Shown: positions 42,720 to 52,489, numbered from the stretch's first letter. The stretch is 64,000 nucleotides of DNA from Nitrospirota bacterium (GCA_035623825.1 DASPSR010000007.1:1-64000); one strand, 5' to 3'. Numbers and translations: made by a program. Notes: generated by a model from the sequence alone, not told the origin.

Positions 42720-43217
42720 ATGAAGAAGGTTTTAATGGCGATAGACGAGACAGCAGGTTCAAAATCCGTGCTGTCCGTCTATAAAACCATGGTTCAGGAA
42801 CCGGAAAACGTGATCCTGGTCCATGTGCAGCGGCTCGAGGGCAAGTCCATGATGAAGGATATGCTTGGCGAGTCCGAGTTGAAGGCCTTGAAGGAGTCGA
42901 TGCGGGGCACGAAGTACAAAGCGGAGCTTAACCGGAAGTCAGAAAATATTACGAGCTTCTACAAGAGGGAGATTGAGAACGGCGGTTCGGTCAAGGTGAC
43001 TACCCTGGTGAGGGAAGGCATCCCCTCGGAGGAGATTCTGAGGGTCGCCCAGGAGGAGAAGGTCGATCTGATTATTATGGGCCGCAACGGAAATACTGGG
43101 CTCCGACGATTTTTTGCCGGATGCGTTACTAAAGAAGTAGAACGAAGTGCAACAGCGCCCGTGCTTGTCGCAAAGACGGCTGGGTATAAAAAATTATTAC
43201 AATATGGCTGGAGGTAA
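42720..43217 (+). CDS. Universal stress protein
   Basis: Paralog of 41998; AGGAGGGG RBS before ATG 42720. Confidence 0.9.
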   Translation: MKKVLMAIDETAGSKSVLSVYKTMVQEPENVILVHVQRLEGKSMMKDMLGESELKALKESMRGTKYKAELNRKSENITSFYKREIENGGSVKVTTLVREGIPSEEILRVAQEEKVDLIIMGRNGNTGLRRFFAGCVTKEVERSATAPVLVAKTAGYKKLLQYGWR

Positions 43218-43221
43218 GCTT

Positions 43222-44319
43222 ATGCTGCATGGTAGCATTGTTTCTTTTGGGACCGCGATCTTGGCCGGTCTTGCACTTGGTTACATTCTGCAGAAGGGGC
43301 GTTTTTGCCTCAATTCGGCGTTTCGGGATATCATCTTCGTCAAGGATTATACGCTTTTCCGATCATACCTTTTCGCCGTGGTCATATCGATTGTGGGTTC
43401 AAATCTGATGGAAGACTTGAAGCTACTCCAGGTCATTAATATTGACACAGGGACATTGGAGGCCACGAACCTCATGCGCCAGACTTTTGTTCCTGTTGCG
43501 AACATCCTTGGAGGTTTTCTGTTCGGCATTGGGATCGTGCTTGCCGGAGGATGTGCAAGCGGCATCGTGTATCGTATCGGCGAAGGCCAGTTGTCTGCCA
43601 TGGTGGCGATTCTTGGTTTCTTTTTCGGTGCAGTGATGACGGCTGACGGCCTCCTAAGTCCTGTCAACAACTTTCTCAAAAGTTTTCGAGTCGAGATCAA
43701 CGGCACGACGAGCCCGGCCATATGGGACCTTTTCGGAGGCGGTCCAGTGCTGAAATGGCTTACTATCGCGATTTTCTCCTTCGGTGTTCTGACGTTTGTG
43801 TTTGCGGGCAAGCCGACATTCAAGTCGAAGTCGAAAGGATTCGCCTGGGGTACAACCGGTGTCCTGATCGGCGTGCTTACCATCGCATCATGGTGGGTAT
43901 CTTCCTATTTCGGCGGCGCCCCGCGCGGCATGGCCGTGAGCGGGCCGGTCAGGGAGTTCTTCTATGTCCTGCTTACCAAGAGCACGCATTCCAGCTTCCC
44001 TGAATTTAGCTTCCTCGGCATCTTCCGCGGGTCATGGGGTATGTTCTTCATTCTTTCCGTGCCATTCGGCGCGTGGCTGAGCGCACTGAGCCTCAAGGAA
44101 TTCAAATGGAAGATCCCGCCCGCGGCGGAGTTCCTTACAGTGTTCTTCGGAAGCATCCTGATGGGGATCGGCGCGGTCATCGCCGGTGGCTGCAACATCG
44201 GTCACGGCGTTACCGGCATGTCAACAATGGCGGTTTCGAGCCTCGTGGCAATTATCGCCATCATCCTCGGCAACTGGACCATGGTCTACTTCAAGCTGAT
44301 CAGGCCCATGCAGGAGTAA
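43222..44319 (+). CDS. YeeE/YedE family thiosulfate/sulfur transporter
   Basis: Three conserved Cys motifs: GRFCLNS, GGCASG, GGCNIG; multi-TM; GGAGGT RBS. Confidence 0.92.
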   Translation: MLHGSIVSFGTAILAGLALGYILQKGRFCLNSAFRDIIFVKDYTLFRSYLFAVVISIVGSNLMEDLKLLQVINIDTGTLEATNLMRQTFVPVANILGGFLFGIGIVLAGGCASGIVYRIGEGQLSAMVAILGFFFGAVMTADGLLSPVNNFLKSFRVEINGTTSPAIWDLFGGGPVLKWLTIAIFSFGVLTFVFAGKPTFKSKSKGFAWGTTGVLIGVLTIASWWVSSYFGGAPRGMAVSGPVREFFYVLLTKSTHSSFPEFSFLGIFRGSWGMFFILSVPFGAWLSALSLKEFKWKIPPAAEFLTVFFGSILMGIGAVIAGGCNIGHGVTGMSTMAVSSLVAIIAIILGNWTMVYFKLIRPMQE

Positions 44320-44337
44320 ACTACAGCCCCCTTAAAC

Positions 44338-44378
44338 AAGGACGGTCCCGGCAGTTTTGCGGAACCGTCCTTTTTTTT
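44338..44378 (+). terminator. Intrinsic terminator after yeeE
   Basis: AAGGACGGT...ACCGTCCTT hairpin followed by a T run. Confidence 0.85.
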
Positions 44379-44597
44379 GCATCATATGATGAAATAAAAG
44401 GGGATTGAAGGATAATAAAGTCGTTTATAATACTTGTGTTTTTCACAGCCTGACAATTCGTCTTACCTTCTTTGCCAAGGTTCGTTCAAAAGCGCGTCCT
44501 TCCTGTAAAATTAGCTTTTTTTGTCTTGCTAATTCCCCTTTCAGGTGTTATTCTTTTTCTAAGTAACAAAGAACAAATCTCTAATAATTCTGCACAC

Positions 44598-45944
44598 ATG
44601 TTGGACAAATTATTAAAAGACCCGCGGTTTTTGCCTGAAGTGTTTGAGACCATGAGGGACGGCCTTATGGTAGTGGATAACAAAGGCCGTATCCTCTTGT
44701 TCAATCGTGCAGCTGAAGAAATAACCGGGTATCGAAAAGATGAGGTTATCGGAAAAGAATGCACTGTTTTTCAATGTGACACCTGCGTGGTCATAAATGA
44801 TTCCGAGGGCCAGCGAGACCGTCAGAAGGATAGATTCGAATCTACTTACAATAAGCGATGCCGGATACGGTCGGCGGACGGAAGGTCTGTTCTTCTGTTA
44901 AAGAATGCCGTTGTAATTCGGGATGACAATGGCGAGATACTTGGTACCGTTGAGTCGATGACAGATATTACATCGCTATACAACAAGGAATTGGAACTGC
45001 AGGGCCTGAAGGAGGATTTGAGACAGGACTACTGGTTCATGGGGCTTTTGGGGAAGAGCGTACCCATGCAGAGATTGTACGAGCACGTACGGAATGCTGC
45101 TGTGAGTGAAGCCCCTGTCCTTATTATCGGAGAAAGCGGTTCTGGCAAAAACCTTGTCGCACACGCCATACACAAACTGAGCAGGCGAAGGGATGGACCG
45201 TTCATCCAGATGAACTGCGCGTCACTGAACGAACAGCTTCTCGAAAGCGAGCTCTTTGGCCACAAGAAAGGTTCCTTCACCGGCGCGGTCAGCGACCGGA
45301 TAGGAAGATTCGAGGCGGCCCATGAGGGGGGGATTTTCCTTGACGAGATCGGAGATATGCCGATGACGATGCAGGTTAAGCTCCTCAGGGTTCTTGAAGA
45401 AAAAGTCGTGGAACGTGTGGGAGACCAGAAGCCGATTCCTGTGAACATTAGGCTCATTTCAGCCACCAACAAGGACCTCGCCAGCCTAATCCACGCAGGC
45501 AAGTTCAGGGAAGACCTCCTTTACCGGATAAATTCCATAGTTATCAACGTACCACCGTTACGGGAGCGAAAAGAAGACATTCCACTCATTGCTCTCCACT
45601 ACCTGCGGAAGATATCCTCGGTAAATAATAAAGAGATCCGCAGCATCAGCCCTTCTGCGATGGAGATTCTGATGGACTTCCCCTGGCCGGGCAACGTTCG
45701 GCGTCTCATCAATGCCCTTGAACACAGCGCCGCCACTTGTAAAAGCGATACTCTTGAGGTCTCGGACCTTCCGGACTATCTCACCTACGAAAAAAAAACG
45801 GAAACGAACGAAAGCCGCATCGACATCGAGGAGATCCGCTCCACCCTTTCTCTGTATAAAGGCAACAGGACGCTTGCGGCAAAGCACCTCGGGATAAGCA
45901 GAGTTACTCTCTGGAAAAGACTGAAGGCACTTGGCATCGATTGA
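44598..45944 (+). CDS. PAS-domain sigma54-dependent activator (bEBP 2, paralog of 39748..41094)
   Basis: Collinear with bEBP 1 from MLDKLLKDP; GESGSGK and GSFTGA motifs; HTH AKHLGISRVTLWKRLK is identical in both. Confidence 0.93.
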   Translation: MLDKLLKDPRFLPEVFETMRDGLMVVDNKGRILLFNRAAEEITGYRKDEVIGKECTVFQCDTCVVINDSEGQRDRQKDRFESTYNKRCRIRSADGRSVLLLKNAVVIRDDNGEILGTVESMTDITSLYNKELELQGLKEDLRQDYWFMGLLGKSVPMQRLYEHVRNAAVSEAPVLIIGESGSGKNLVAHAIHKLSRRRDGPFIQMNCASLNEQLLESELFGHKKGSFTGAVSDRIGRFEAAHEGGIFLDEIGDMPMTMQVKLLRVLEEKVVERVGDQKPIPVNIRLISATNKDLASLIHAGKFREDLLYRINSIVINVPPLRERKEDIPLIALHYLRKISSVNNKEIRSISPSAMEILMDFPWPGNVRRLINALEHSAATCKSDTLEVSDLPDYLTYEKKTETNESRIDIEEIRSTLSLYKGNRTLAAKHLGISRVTLWKRLKALGID

Positions 45945-45962
45945 GGAGGTTCAGAGGAGGAT

Positions 45963-47609
45963 ATGAGGGGATATGCCGTCATCATAGGAGGTCTCGTGGC
46001 GGTTATTGCGATCCTCGCAACATTGAGTGTCTTTTTCCAGCGGACGCTCGAGACAGAGACAGCCGAACAATTCAACAAGCAGCAACTACTCCTTGCCAAT
46101 GCGGAAGCGTCGAACATCCAGACCTATATCAGCGGAATAAAGGAGGAAATGCTCAGCATCGCCAGAGCAATGTCGCAGTTCCAGGTCCGCAAGGAACCGG
46201 ATTGCAGGGTGCTGACCGATGTAGTCTTCAAAGATAACGATAACGTCAAAAAACGGGTAGAATTCCTTGACCGCAACGGGGAGATCTTTTTCAGCCGGGG
46301 AAACGTGCACGCCGAAGGACCCGATGAAAAAAAGATCATTAGCAGAGCGGCAAGATTATGCCCTGGCGACGTGCTGATGGAACAGAATCTGAAGATGATC
46401 TCCATAGTAGCTCCGATATGCCATTATGACTCCCTCATCGGCGCGGCGGTGCTTACCCTCGATATCCAGGACATCGCCAAGACCTTCCTCAGCTCCATAA
46501 AATCCGGTTCACGAGGATATGCATGGATGATGGATGAAAAAGGGAATCTCCTTTACCATCCGACGCAGCCCAACATGGTGGGCAGGAACCTATACAAGAC
46601 CGACTCATCCTGCTTTAAATGTCATAAGACCTTTGATACTGAGAAAAAAATCATCGAGGGAAGAGGCGACTATTTCGGACGGTATGTCGCACCGACCGGG
46701 GAAGACAAGGTCCTTGCCTTTTCTACCGTATCGGCCGGGAACGCACGGTGGATCGTGGCGGTATCGGCCCCCTATTCCGAGGTGACCCTATCGATCAAGC
46801 AGTCCATGCGATTCTACGCATGGATCATTATCCTGATCTTCGTGACGACCAGTGGCGTTGCCACCATGCTCATCATCCTAAACCGGAAACGGGAACAAGC
46901 AGAAGGACGGGCAAAACATGAGAAGGAGCTTGAGATGATGCATGCCGAAAAACTGGCATCCCTCGAACGATTGACCTCGGGCATTACCTCCGAAATAGGG
47001 AACCCGTTGACGTCCATCTTCTCTTTCGTGCAGATATTAACGGACATGGAGGAGGACGAATTTAAAAAGGAAACGCTCGAGACCATCTCTTTTCATATGA
47101 ACAGGATTGATGATATCCTGAAACAGCTTTCCGGTTTTTCGAAGGTGCCACCCCTTGAGATCAAACCGTGCAAAGTGAACGGCCTCATAGAGGATTCCCT
47201 TACCCTCCTCCAGTACGATAAGAGGGTGCAAAATATCACCATTATGAGGGACCTCGGGCTAGACATACCGGTGATCACCACGGACGGGAACCAGCTCTCT
47301 CAGGTCATTGTGAACATCATATTGAATGCCGTGGACGCAATGCCGAATGGCGGGACCCTAACGATTCGAAGCAGGCTTAAAGACAACGATGTAGAGATCG
47401 ATTTTGAAGATACGGGAGTTGGCATCTCTAAAGAGAACCTCGGAAACATCTTCGACCCGTTCTATACTACAAAAGAGAAGGGAACAGGTCTTGGCCTCGC
47501 CGTAAGCTACAGCATCATCAAGAAACTCAACGGAAGCCTCACGGTGGAAAGCGGCCCCGATAAGGGCTCCAGATTTGTGATAACCCTTCCCTTGAATGGG
47601 GCAAGGTAA
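45963..47609 (+). CDS. Membrane sensor histidine-kinase-like protein with Cache domain and c-type heme motif; H-box His absent
   Basis: Two TM, periplasmic YAW..D..G..LYHP Cache, CFKCH; intact N/G1/F/G2 boxes; H-box reads SGITSEIGNPL. Confidence 0.85.
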   Translation: MRGYAVIIGGLVAVIAILATLSVFFQRTLETETAEQFNKQQLLLANAEASNIQTYISGIKEEMLSIARAMSQFQVRKEPDCRVLTDVVFKDNDNVKKRVEFLDRNGEIFFSRGNVHAEGPDEKKIISRAARLCPGDVLMEQNLKMISIVAPICHYDSLIGAAVLTLDIQDIAKTFLSSIKSGSRGYAWMMDEKGNLLYHPTQPNMVGRNLYKTDSSCFKCHKTFDTEKKIIEGRGDYFGRYVAPTGEDKVLAFSTVSAGNARWIVAVSAPYSEVTLSIKQSMRFYAWIIILIFVTTSGVATMLIILNRKREQAEGRAKHEKELEMMHAEKLASLERLTSGITSEIGNPLTSIFSFVQILTDMEEDEFKKETLETISFHMNRIDDILKQLSGFSKVPPLEIKPCKVNGLIEDSLTLLQYDKRVQNITIMRDLGLDIPVITTDGNQLSQVIVNIILNAVDAMPNGGTLTIRSRLKDNDVEIDFEDTGVGISKENLGNIFDPFYTTKEKGTGLGLAVSYSIIKKLNGSLTVESGPDKGSRFVITLPLNGAR

Positions 47610-47711
47610 AACCTTTGCAATGCTTATTTCTGAGAAACCTTTAGTCCATTGGTCAGACTGCCCCTTTGTCCCCTTTAAGAACAAAGGGACGGCACGTCAT
47701 GTATAGAGTGA

Positions 47712-48122
47712 TTACAGCGACTTAACGGTTGTTTCTTGCCATGAGCGTGCAACGAGACCGCCAAGTGCGCCAATAAGCATAGCTAATGGGACGAATATGA
47801 TAAAGGAAACTAAGACGCCGCCAAACGCGGCAAGACCCAGTCCTTGGGGTTTCAACAGATAGTTCAAAAGAAAAATACCTCCTTTTAACAGCACGTGGTC
47901 AATAAAGTATATACCTGCTCCCGTTGAAGCAGCTTGCCATATACCCCCAACCTTTTTCTTTATGACAAACCATCCTGCATAAAAAATTATGCAAATCCTG
48001 CCAATGTTATATAAAATATCTCCGAGACTATAAGGCAAGAAGGCGAGAAGAGTATTTACTAAAAAGAAATTGATTAGAACGAAGAAAATCGGACGTCTCA
48101 TCACAGCCAGGTATTTTTTCAT
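47712..48122 (-). CDS. Hypothetical membrane protein (4 TM)
   Basis: Hydrophobic, AT-rich ORF with GGGAG RBS. Confidence 0.65.
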   Translation of the reverse strand: MKKYLAVMRRPIFFVLINFFLVNTLLAFLPYSLGDILYNIGRICIIFYAGWFVIKKKVGGIWQAASTGAGIYFIDHVLLKGGIFLLNYLLKPQGLGLAAFGGVLVSFIIFVPLAMLIGALGGLVARSWQETTVKSL

Positions 48123-48254
48123 AGCTTCACTCCCGATAATGATACCCTTCTTTCGTCCCTCTCTGCAGTAGCAAGCGAAATTTAAATGATTACCTCACAG
48201 CCTGTTCCCGCGAGCCAGTTTCATCTTCCTAATCGGAGAGGGCGCATCGAAAAG

Positions 48255-49739
48255 TCAAATTTGATGTCCGGAGGGTTTGATCGCCGTTGCGTTCAACTCC
48301 TTCTCCTGCCTGTGGAAAAGGTCCATTTTGAGCGCCAGCCAGAAGAGGCTTCTGATACTCTTCAAAACTACCTTCACGTCATTGATTGTCCTCAGACCAA
48401 ACAGTTTTTTAAACATAAAGGATGGCCTGAGGTAAAATCTCTTGAAGGCGATCTGCCGGAGCGTCTGGATATCCTCCCGCTTCATGGTCTTCGGTATGAA
48501 GGCCGCACCCTGATACGTAAAGTCTGAGAGTTCATTGGAAATCGCACCGTATCGTTCCAGATTGTCATATAGATAAGTGCCAGGGAACGGTGTTATGGCG
48601 TGAAAGTTTGCCATGTCTGGGTTCAGCTTGACCGCGAATTCGATTGTCTTAAGGCCTTCTTCAAATGTTTCACCTGGTATTCCGAACATGAAGGGAGTGC
48701 TGACCTTGAGGCCGACAGCGTGCGCAGTCCTTACGGCGTTCTCAATCTGATCCAGTGTTATGCCTTTTCTTATGGTATTGAGATTTTTTTGGACGCCGCT
48801 CTCTGCACCGAAGAGAATGGCCCAGCAGCCTGCATCCCGGAATGTCTCGAGAAGGGGCTTGTCTACCTGGTTGACACAGGCAGAGGCAAACCACGTAATC
48901 GCAAGTCGGCGCCTCTGGATCTCCTGTGCAATTTGCATTGCCCGCTCATAATCAGCTGCGAAGGTATCGTCCAGGAATTTTATCTCTTTATATCCCAGCT
49001 TTACGCAGAGTCCGATCTCTTTCATAACATTATCGACACTCCGGTAGCGGATCCCGCTCTTTCGGTCCTTGTCCAATTGAAAACAGTAAATACAATGCCT
49101 GTTACAGCCCCGGGAGGTTATCATCACGGCTACCGGTCTTTTCCGGTAGGTTCCCGGGGGAGGGATGTAGCGATTCGTGTCGCCAAGAAGCTCCCGCGCA
49201 GGGAACGGAAGGGAATCCAGATCGCTGATGAGCGGCCTCGGGGGGTTTTTGAAGACCCTGTTCCGCTCGCGATACACCACGCCCAGAACTCCTTCAAGGT
49301 TTCTGCCGCTCTGTAGCCGTTCGACGATCTCGAGGACAGTAAGCTCACCTTCACCGGTAACGATCGCATCGATTTCGGTTCCGGCGTCATCCAAGCAATG
49401 CTCCTGCACAGCAGTAGGATAAGGCCCGCCAGCACAGATAAAGCAACGTCCGTCAAACAATCTTTTCAGGTCAGCGGCGGTTTTCTTTGCTTTGTTCCAG
49501 CCAAAGGTCGTTGAGTAGATTCCGATAAAGTGAGGCCTGAATTGCTCAAGTTCGGCAAGGATCTGCTCGTGGGTCAGGAAAGCGCCATTGATAAACTTGA
49601 CGAAATGACCGGCATTCTGGAGAACGGCAGCCACGGACAGGGTACCGACCGGCTGCCAGTAGTTAATCTGCGAGCTTGCGGTCTTTGAGGAAAAGATCTC
49701 TTCGGGGATCCAGGCGGGTATGACAAGTGCGCACTTCAT
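48255..49739 (-). CDS. Cobalamin-binding-domain radical SAM enzyme
   Basis: B12 domain (GG.YPT, GEGE, DLDSLPFP); TSRGCNRHCIYC, DDTF, G.ESG and G.PGET motifs. Confidence 0.92.
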   Translation of the reverse strand: MKCALVIPAWIPEEIFSSKTASSQINYWQPVGTLSVAAVLQNAGHFVKFINGAFLTHEQILAELEQFRPHFIGIYSTTFGWNKAKKTAADLKRLFDGRCFICAGGPYPTAVQEHCLDDAGTEIDAIVTGEGELTVLEIVERLQSGRNLEGVLGVVYRERNRVFKNPPRPLISDLDSLPFPARELLGDTNRYIPPPGTYRKRPVAVMITSRGCNRHCIYCFQLDKDRKSGIRYRSVDNVMKEIGLCVKLGYKEIKFLDDTFAADYERAMQIAQEIQRRRLAITWFASACVNQVDKPLLETFRDAGCWAILFGAESGVQKNLNTIRKGITLDQIENAVRTAHAVGLKVSTPFMFGIPGETFEEGLKTIEFAVKLNPDMANFHAITPFPGTYLYDNLERYGAISNELSDFTYQGAAFIPKTMKREDIQTLRQIAFKRFYLRPSFMFKKLFGLRTINDVKVVLKSIRSLFWLALKMDLFHRQEKELNATAIKPSGHQI

Positions 49740-49746
49740 ATAAATG

Positions 49747-51159
49747 TTATGTGCTTGCAAGGACCAATTCTTCAAGTTCGAGGGCGCCAGCAGAGCGGGA
49801 TTTTTTAATGACCTTCCCCGCGGTCTCTATGCCCGATCGTATCGCAACGTCCATATTGTAATAGCGGAACATGCCGCTTCTTCCTGCAATGTGAAGGTTG
49901 CTGAAGCGTCCCAGGTAGTCCTGCAGATGGTCGGCGTGTTTCCGGTAACCGACTTCGAAAAGCGGATATGCATTCGGCACGCGCACAACCATGCTGTCCA
50001 GGACCAGCTGTTCGTTGATAAAGCCGAGCCGGACAAGGTTCTTGACGGTGAGCTCCGCAAGCTTGTCATCTTGCATGTTCCAGATCGCATCGCCTCTAAA
50101 GCTGAAAAACTCCGTGATTAAAAGCGATTTGCCAGGAGGGGCCATGGCGGGGCTCCAGTTCGTCGGCTCATGGATCCTGCCGAAGGGGATCTTCTTTTCC
50201 GGGATATAGATCCATGTCTGGTTCGTGACCCGCTTTCGGTCCACCATGATTGCCACGACCACTAAATCACGGTATCTGAGCTTTGAAGCTGCTTCGAGGA
50301 TGGCGGGAGGGGGAGAAGGGTTGAGCATGCTCACGAGCTTTGTAACGGGAATGCTTGACACAAATTCATCAGCCGGTATTGTAAGCACCCGGCCCTGGTC
50401 CCGGACACAGATGCTCCCTACTCTGAAATCAGAGTGATTAACAAGTTGGACAATAGTATCGGTGAATACATCGTTGCTCTTTACGATCTCCTCCTTAAGC
50501 CGGTCGGACAGCCGCCCGATGCCGAGAAAGGGGTATAAAAAACTGTCTGTCAGGGTGGCCAAGTCTTTGCCGCTGAACTTAAAAAAAGCATTTTTAAGCG
50601 CTGTTCCCAGGGAGAGCCCTTTGATGCGCTGGGCAACCCATGTTGCGCTTATCCTGCTGCAATCGATGCCCCACACTTTTTCACTGTATTCCTTGAAATA
50701 GATATTGAACATGGTGCGACCGAAATTGCTGGTCACCCAGTCCTCGAGAGATACGGTCACATTATTTCGGATTGTTCTCCTGGTTGTTTGCCGTACGTAG
50801 TCAGCCAGGATCCGGGTGGTGGTCGGAATACCAAGACGGAACATCGCGTTGATCGGCCTCAGCGGATAGTCAAAATATCGATCGCGCAGGTAAATCTTGC
50901 TGCTGCGCTTGACGGTGAGCAATTCATCTCCCATCAGATTCCGCACAAAGGCATCGATCTGCTCGTCCTGAGTGAAAAACCGGTGACCTCCCAGATCAAA
51001 ACGGAACCCGTTTTTAACGATAGTTTTTGAGAGGCCGCCGACGACGGAATCGCGTTCGTACACCTTTACGCTGAACCCGGCATTCGACAAGACGTAACCG
51101 GCCGAAAGGCCGGAGAGACCACCGCCTAATATGATGATATCATGTAAAGTACCGTTCAC
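49747..51159 (-). CDS. FAD-dependent oxidoreductase (HemY/UDP-galactopyranose mutase-like)
   Basis: GGGLSGL..G, VGGL, FDLGGHRF, YSEKVWG, AYP and GR.G.F.Y.NMD motifs. Confidence 0.85.
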   Translation of the reverse strand: MNGTLHDIIILGGGLSGLSAGYVLSNAGFSVKVYERDSVVGGLSKTIVKNGFRFDLGGHRFFTQDEQIDAFVRNLMGDELLTVKRSSKIYLRDRYFDYPLRPINAMFRLGIPTTTRILADYVRQTTRRTIRNNVTVSLEDWVTSNFGRTMFNIYFKEYSEKVWGIDCSRISATWVAQRIKGLSLGTALKNAFFKFSGKDLATLTDSFLYPFLGIGRLSDRLKEEIVKSNDVFTDTIVQLVNHSDFRVGSICVRDQGRVLTIPADEFVSSIPVTKLVSMLNPSPPPAILEAASKLRYRDLVVVAIMVDRKRVTNQTWIYIPEKKIPFGRIHEPTNWSPAMAPPGKSLLITEFFSFRGDAIWNMQDDKLAELTVKNLVRLGFINEQLVLDSMVVRVPNAYPLFEVGYRKHADHLQDYLGRFSNLHIAGRSGMFRYYNMDVAIRSGIETAGKVIKKSRSAGALELEELVLAST

Positions 51160-51358
51160 GCTATTACCTGTGATATGGGGGAAAAGGTGCAGCGGAGAGG
51201 ATATTGCCTATTTCACGTGTGTCTGTCAGATGACAGCATGATAAAATCTGATGCAGCTCCCCTCTGATACTGCATCAACTCGCATGTCCGTGTCACCCTT
51301 TGCCGGAACGCAGATAGGGACTGCCGGATGCCAGCAAAGGAATTAATGTTTTCCCCGC

Positions 51359-51820
51359 CTACTTCACTATAAGTACGGGAATTTCAGCATTGTTCGCCAC
51401 TTCTCTACTAACGCTTCCCATGAAGAGGTGCGTGGTTCGTGTCCCCCGAGAGCCAACGATAATCAAATCCGCTTTTTCCTCCCTGGATGTTTTCAGGATT
51501 TCTTCGGCGGGGTGCCCTCTCTTGATGATCGTCGTGACACCTGTCAAGCCTTTATCCTCCAAGGCCTTCTTGTAATAATTCAGGATGGTCCGCGCTTTCC
51601 TGTCTAGTGCGTCCTGATATTCAGTCCCCTTCAGCATTTCTTTCAGGGTAGCCATTTCTGCGTTCCCGAGCATTTCATCGATGAGTGATTTGCCCTCGAA
51701 TTTTTCCACGTAGATCAGTGCGATTCGCTCGGGACGAATACAGGAGCAAATATTCGTGCACGCTGAAAAAGCATTTTTTGTGCCCTTGGTTTCGTCCACT
51801 GCAATGAGTATCCTGTTCAT
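51359..51820 (-). CDS. Universal stress protein with CxxxCxC
   Basis: RILIAVD, G.PAEEI, GSRG...GSVS motifs; CTNICSC. Confidence 0.9.
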   Translation of the reverse strand: MNRILIAVDETKGTKNAFSACTNICSCIRPERIALIYVEKFEGKSLIDEMLGNAEMATLKEMLKGTEYQDALDRKARTILNYYKKALEDKGLTGVTTIIKRGHPAEEILKTSREEKADLIIVGSRGTRTTHLFMGSVSREVANNAEIPVLIVK

Positions 51821-51919
51821 GATTTCTCCGTTAATCAGCGATGGTCCCGAAACGACCAGTTAAATTATGGGAACTTTATGTGTCGCAATGAGAAAAGTCA
51901 CGGATGCTGGTTCCGGGCA

Positions 51920-52204
51920 CTATTTATATCCGCCTGCTGCCGGGGCTCCATAACCACCTGACTTGGGAGCCGGTGCTGCGCCATAGCCGCCAGATGCTGG
52001 CGGTGCTGCGCCATAGCCGCCAGATGCGTGTGTCGGTGCTGTACCATAGCCACCGGCTGCTGGCGCGGATCCCGAGCCATAGCCGCCTGCGGCGCTCTGG
52101 CCTGGTGAAGCTTTCGCTATCGTCTCATGCTGCTGGCTGTAAACCACCAGGAATCCAAGAATGCACACCACGATCGCAATGAGAATTACAAGGGGTGTTT
52201 TCAT
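51920..52204 (-). CDS. Small membrane-anchored/exported GGYG-repeat protein
   Basis: GAGGGAGG RBS; N-terminal hydrophobic helix; six (A/S)GGY(G/K) units. Confidence 0.8.
   Translation of the reverse strand: MKTPLVILIAIVVCILGFLVVYSQQHETIAKASPGQSAAGGYGSGSAPAAGGYGTAPTHASGGYGAAPPASGGYGAAPAPKSGGYGAPAAGGYK
51971..52027. repeat. Exact 27-bp tandem repeat (period 30) within the GGYG gene
   Basis: CGGTGCTGCGCCATAGCCGCCAGATGC at 51971 and 52001, flanked by degenerate copies. Confidence 0.9.
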
Positions 52205-52237
52205 AGATCCTCCCTCAAGTACAGTTGACGCAACCGC

Positions 52238-52489
52238 TTAAGCCTTTTGGATTTTAAAGATGATCTTGCCGCCCTCGTGCTTCTTTTCCATAAGCTCATG
52301 CCCGCCCTGATCAAGCATCTGAACTATAGTTTCTGCCGATGAGGGGTTGTCGAAGATCATCTCGAGGACCTCACCGGAAGATATTTTCTCCAGGGATTTC
52401 TTGCAGTAGATCTGGGGATGGGGGCACACATAGCCGCATACGTCGAGCATATAGGTCCCATCACCTTTTTTTTCAAATTTCATAGCCAT
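52238..52489 (-). CDS. TusA family sulfurtransferase
   Basis: LDVCGYVCPHP (CPxP), GEVLE..DNPSS; directly follows yeeE. Confidence 0.92.
   Translation of the reverse strand: MAMKFEKKGDGTYMLDVCGYVCPHPQIYCKKSLEKISSGEVLEMIFDNPSSAETIVQMLDQGGHELMEKKHEGGKIIFKIQKA

Noticed and set aside
51920-52100. CRISPR-like array
   Set aside because: Repeats are in-frame coding repeats with no unique spacers and there are no cas genes
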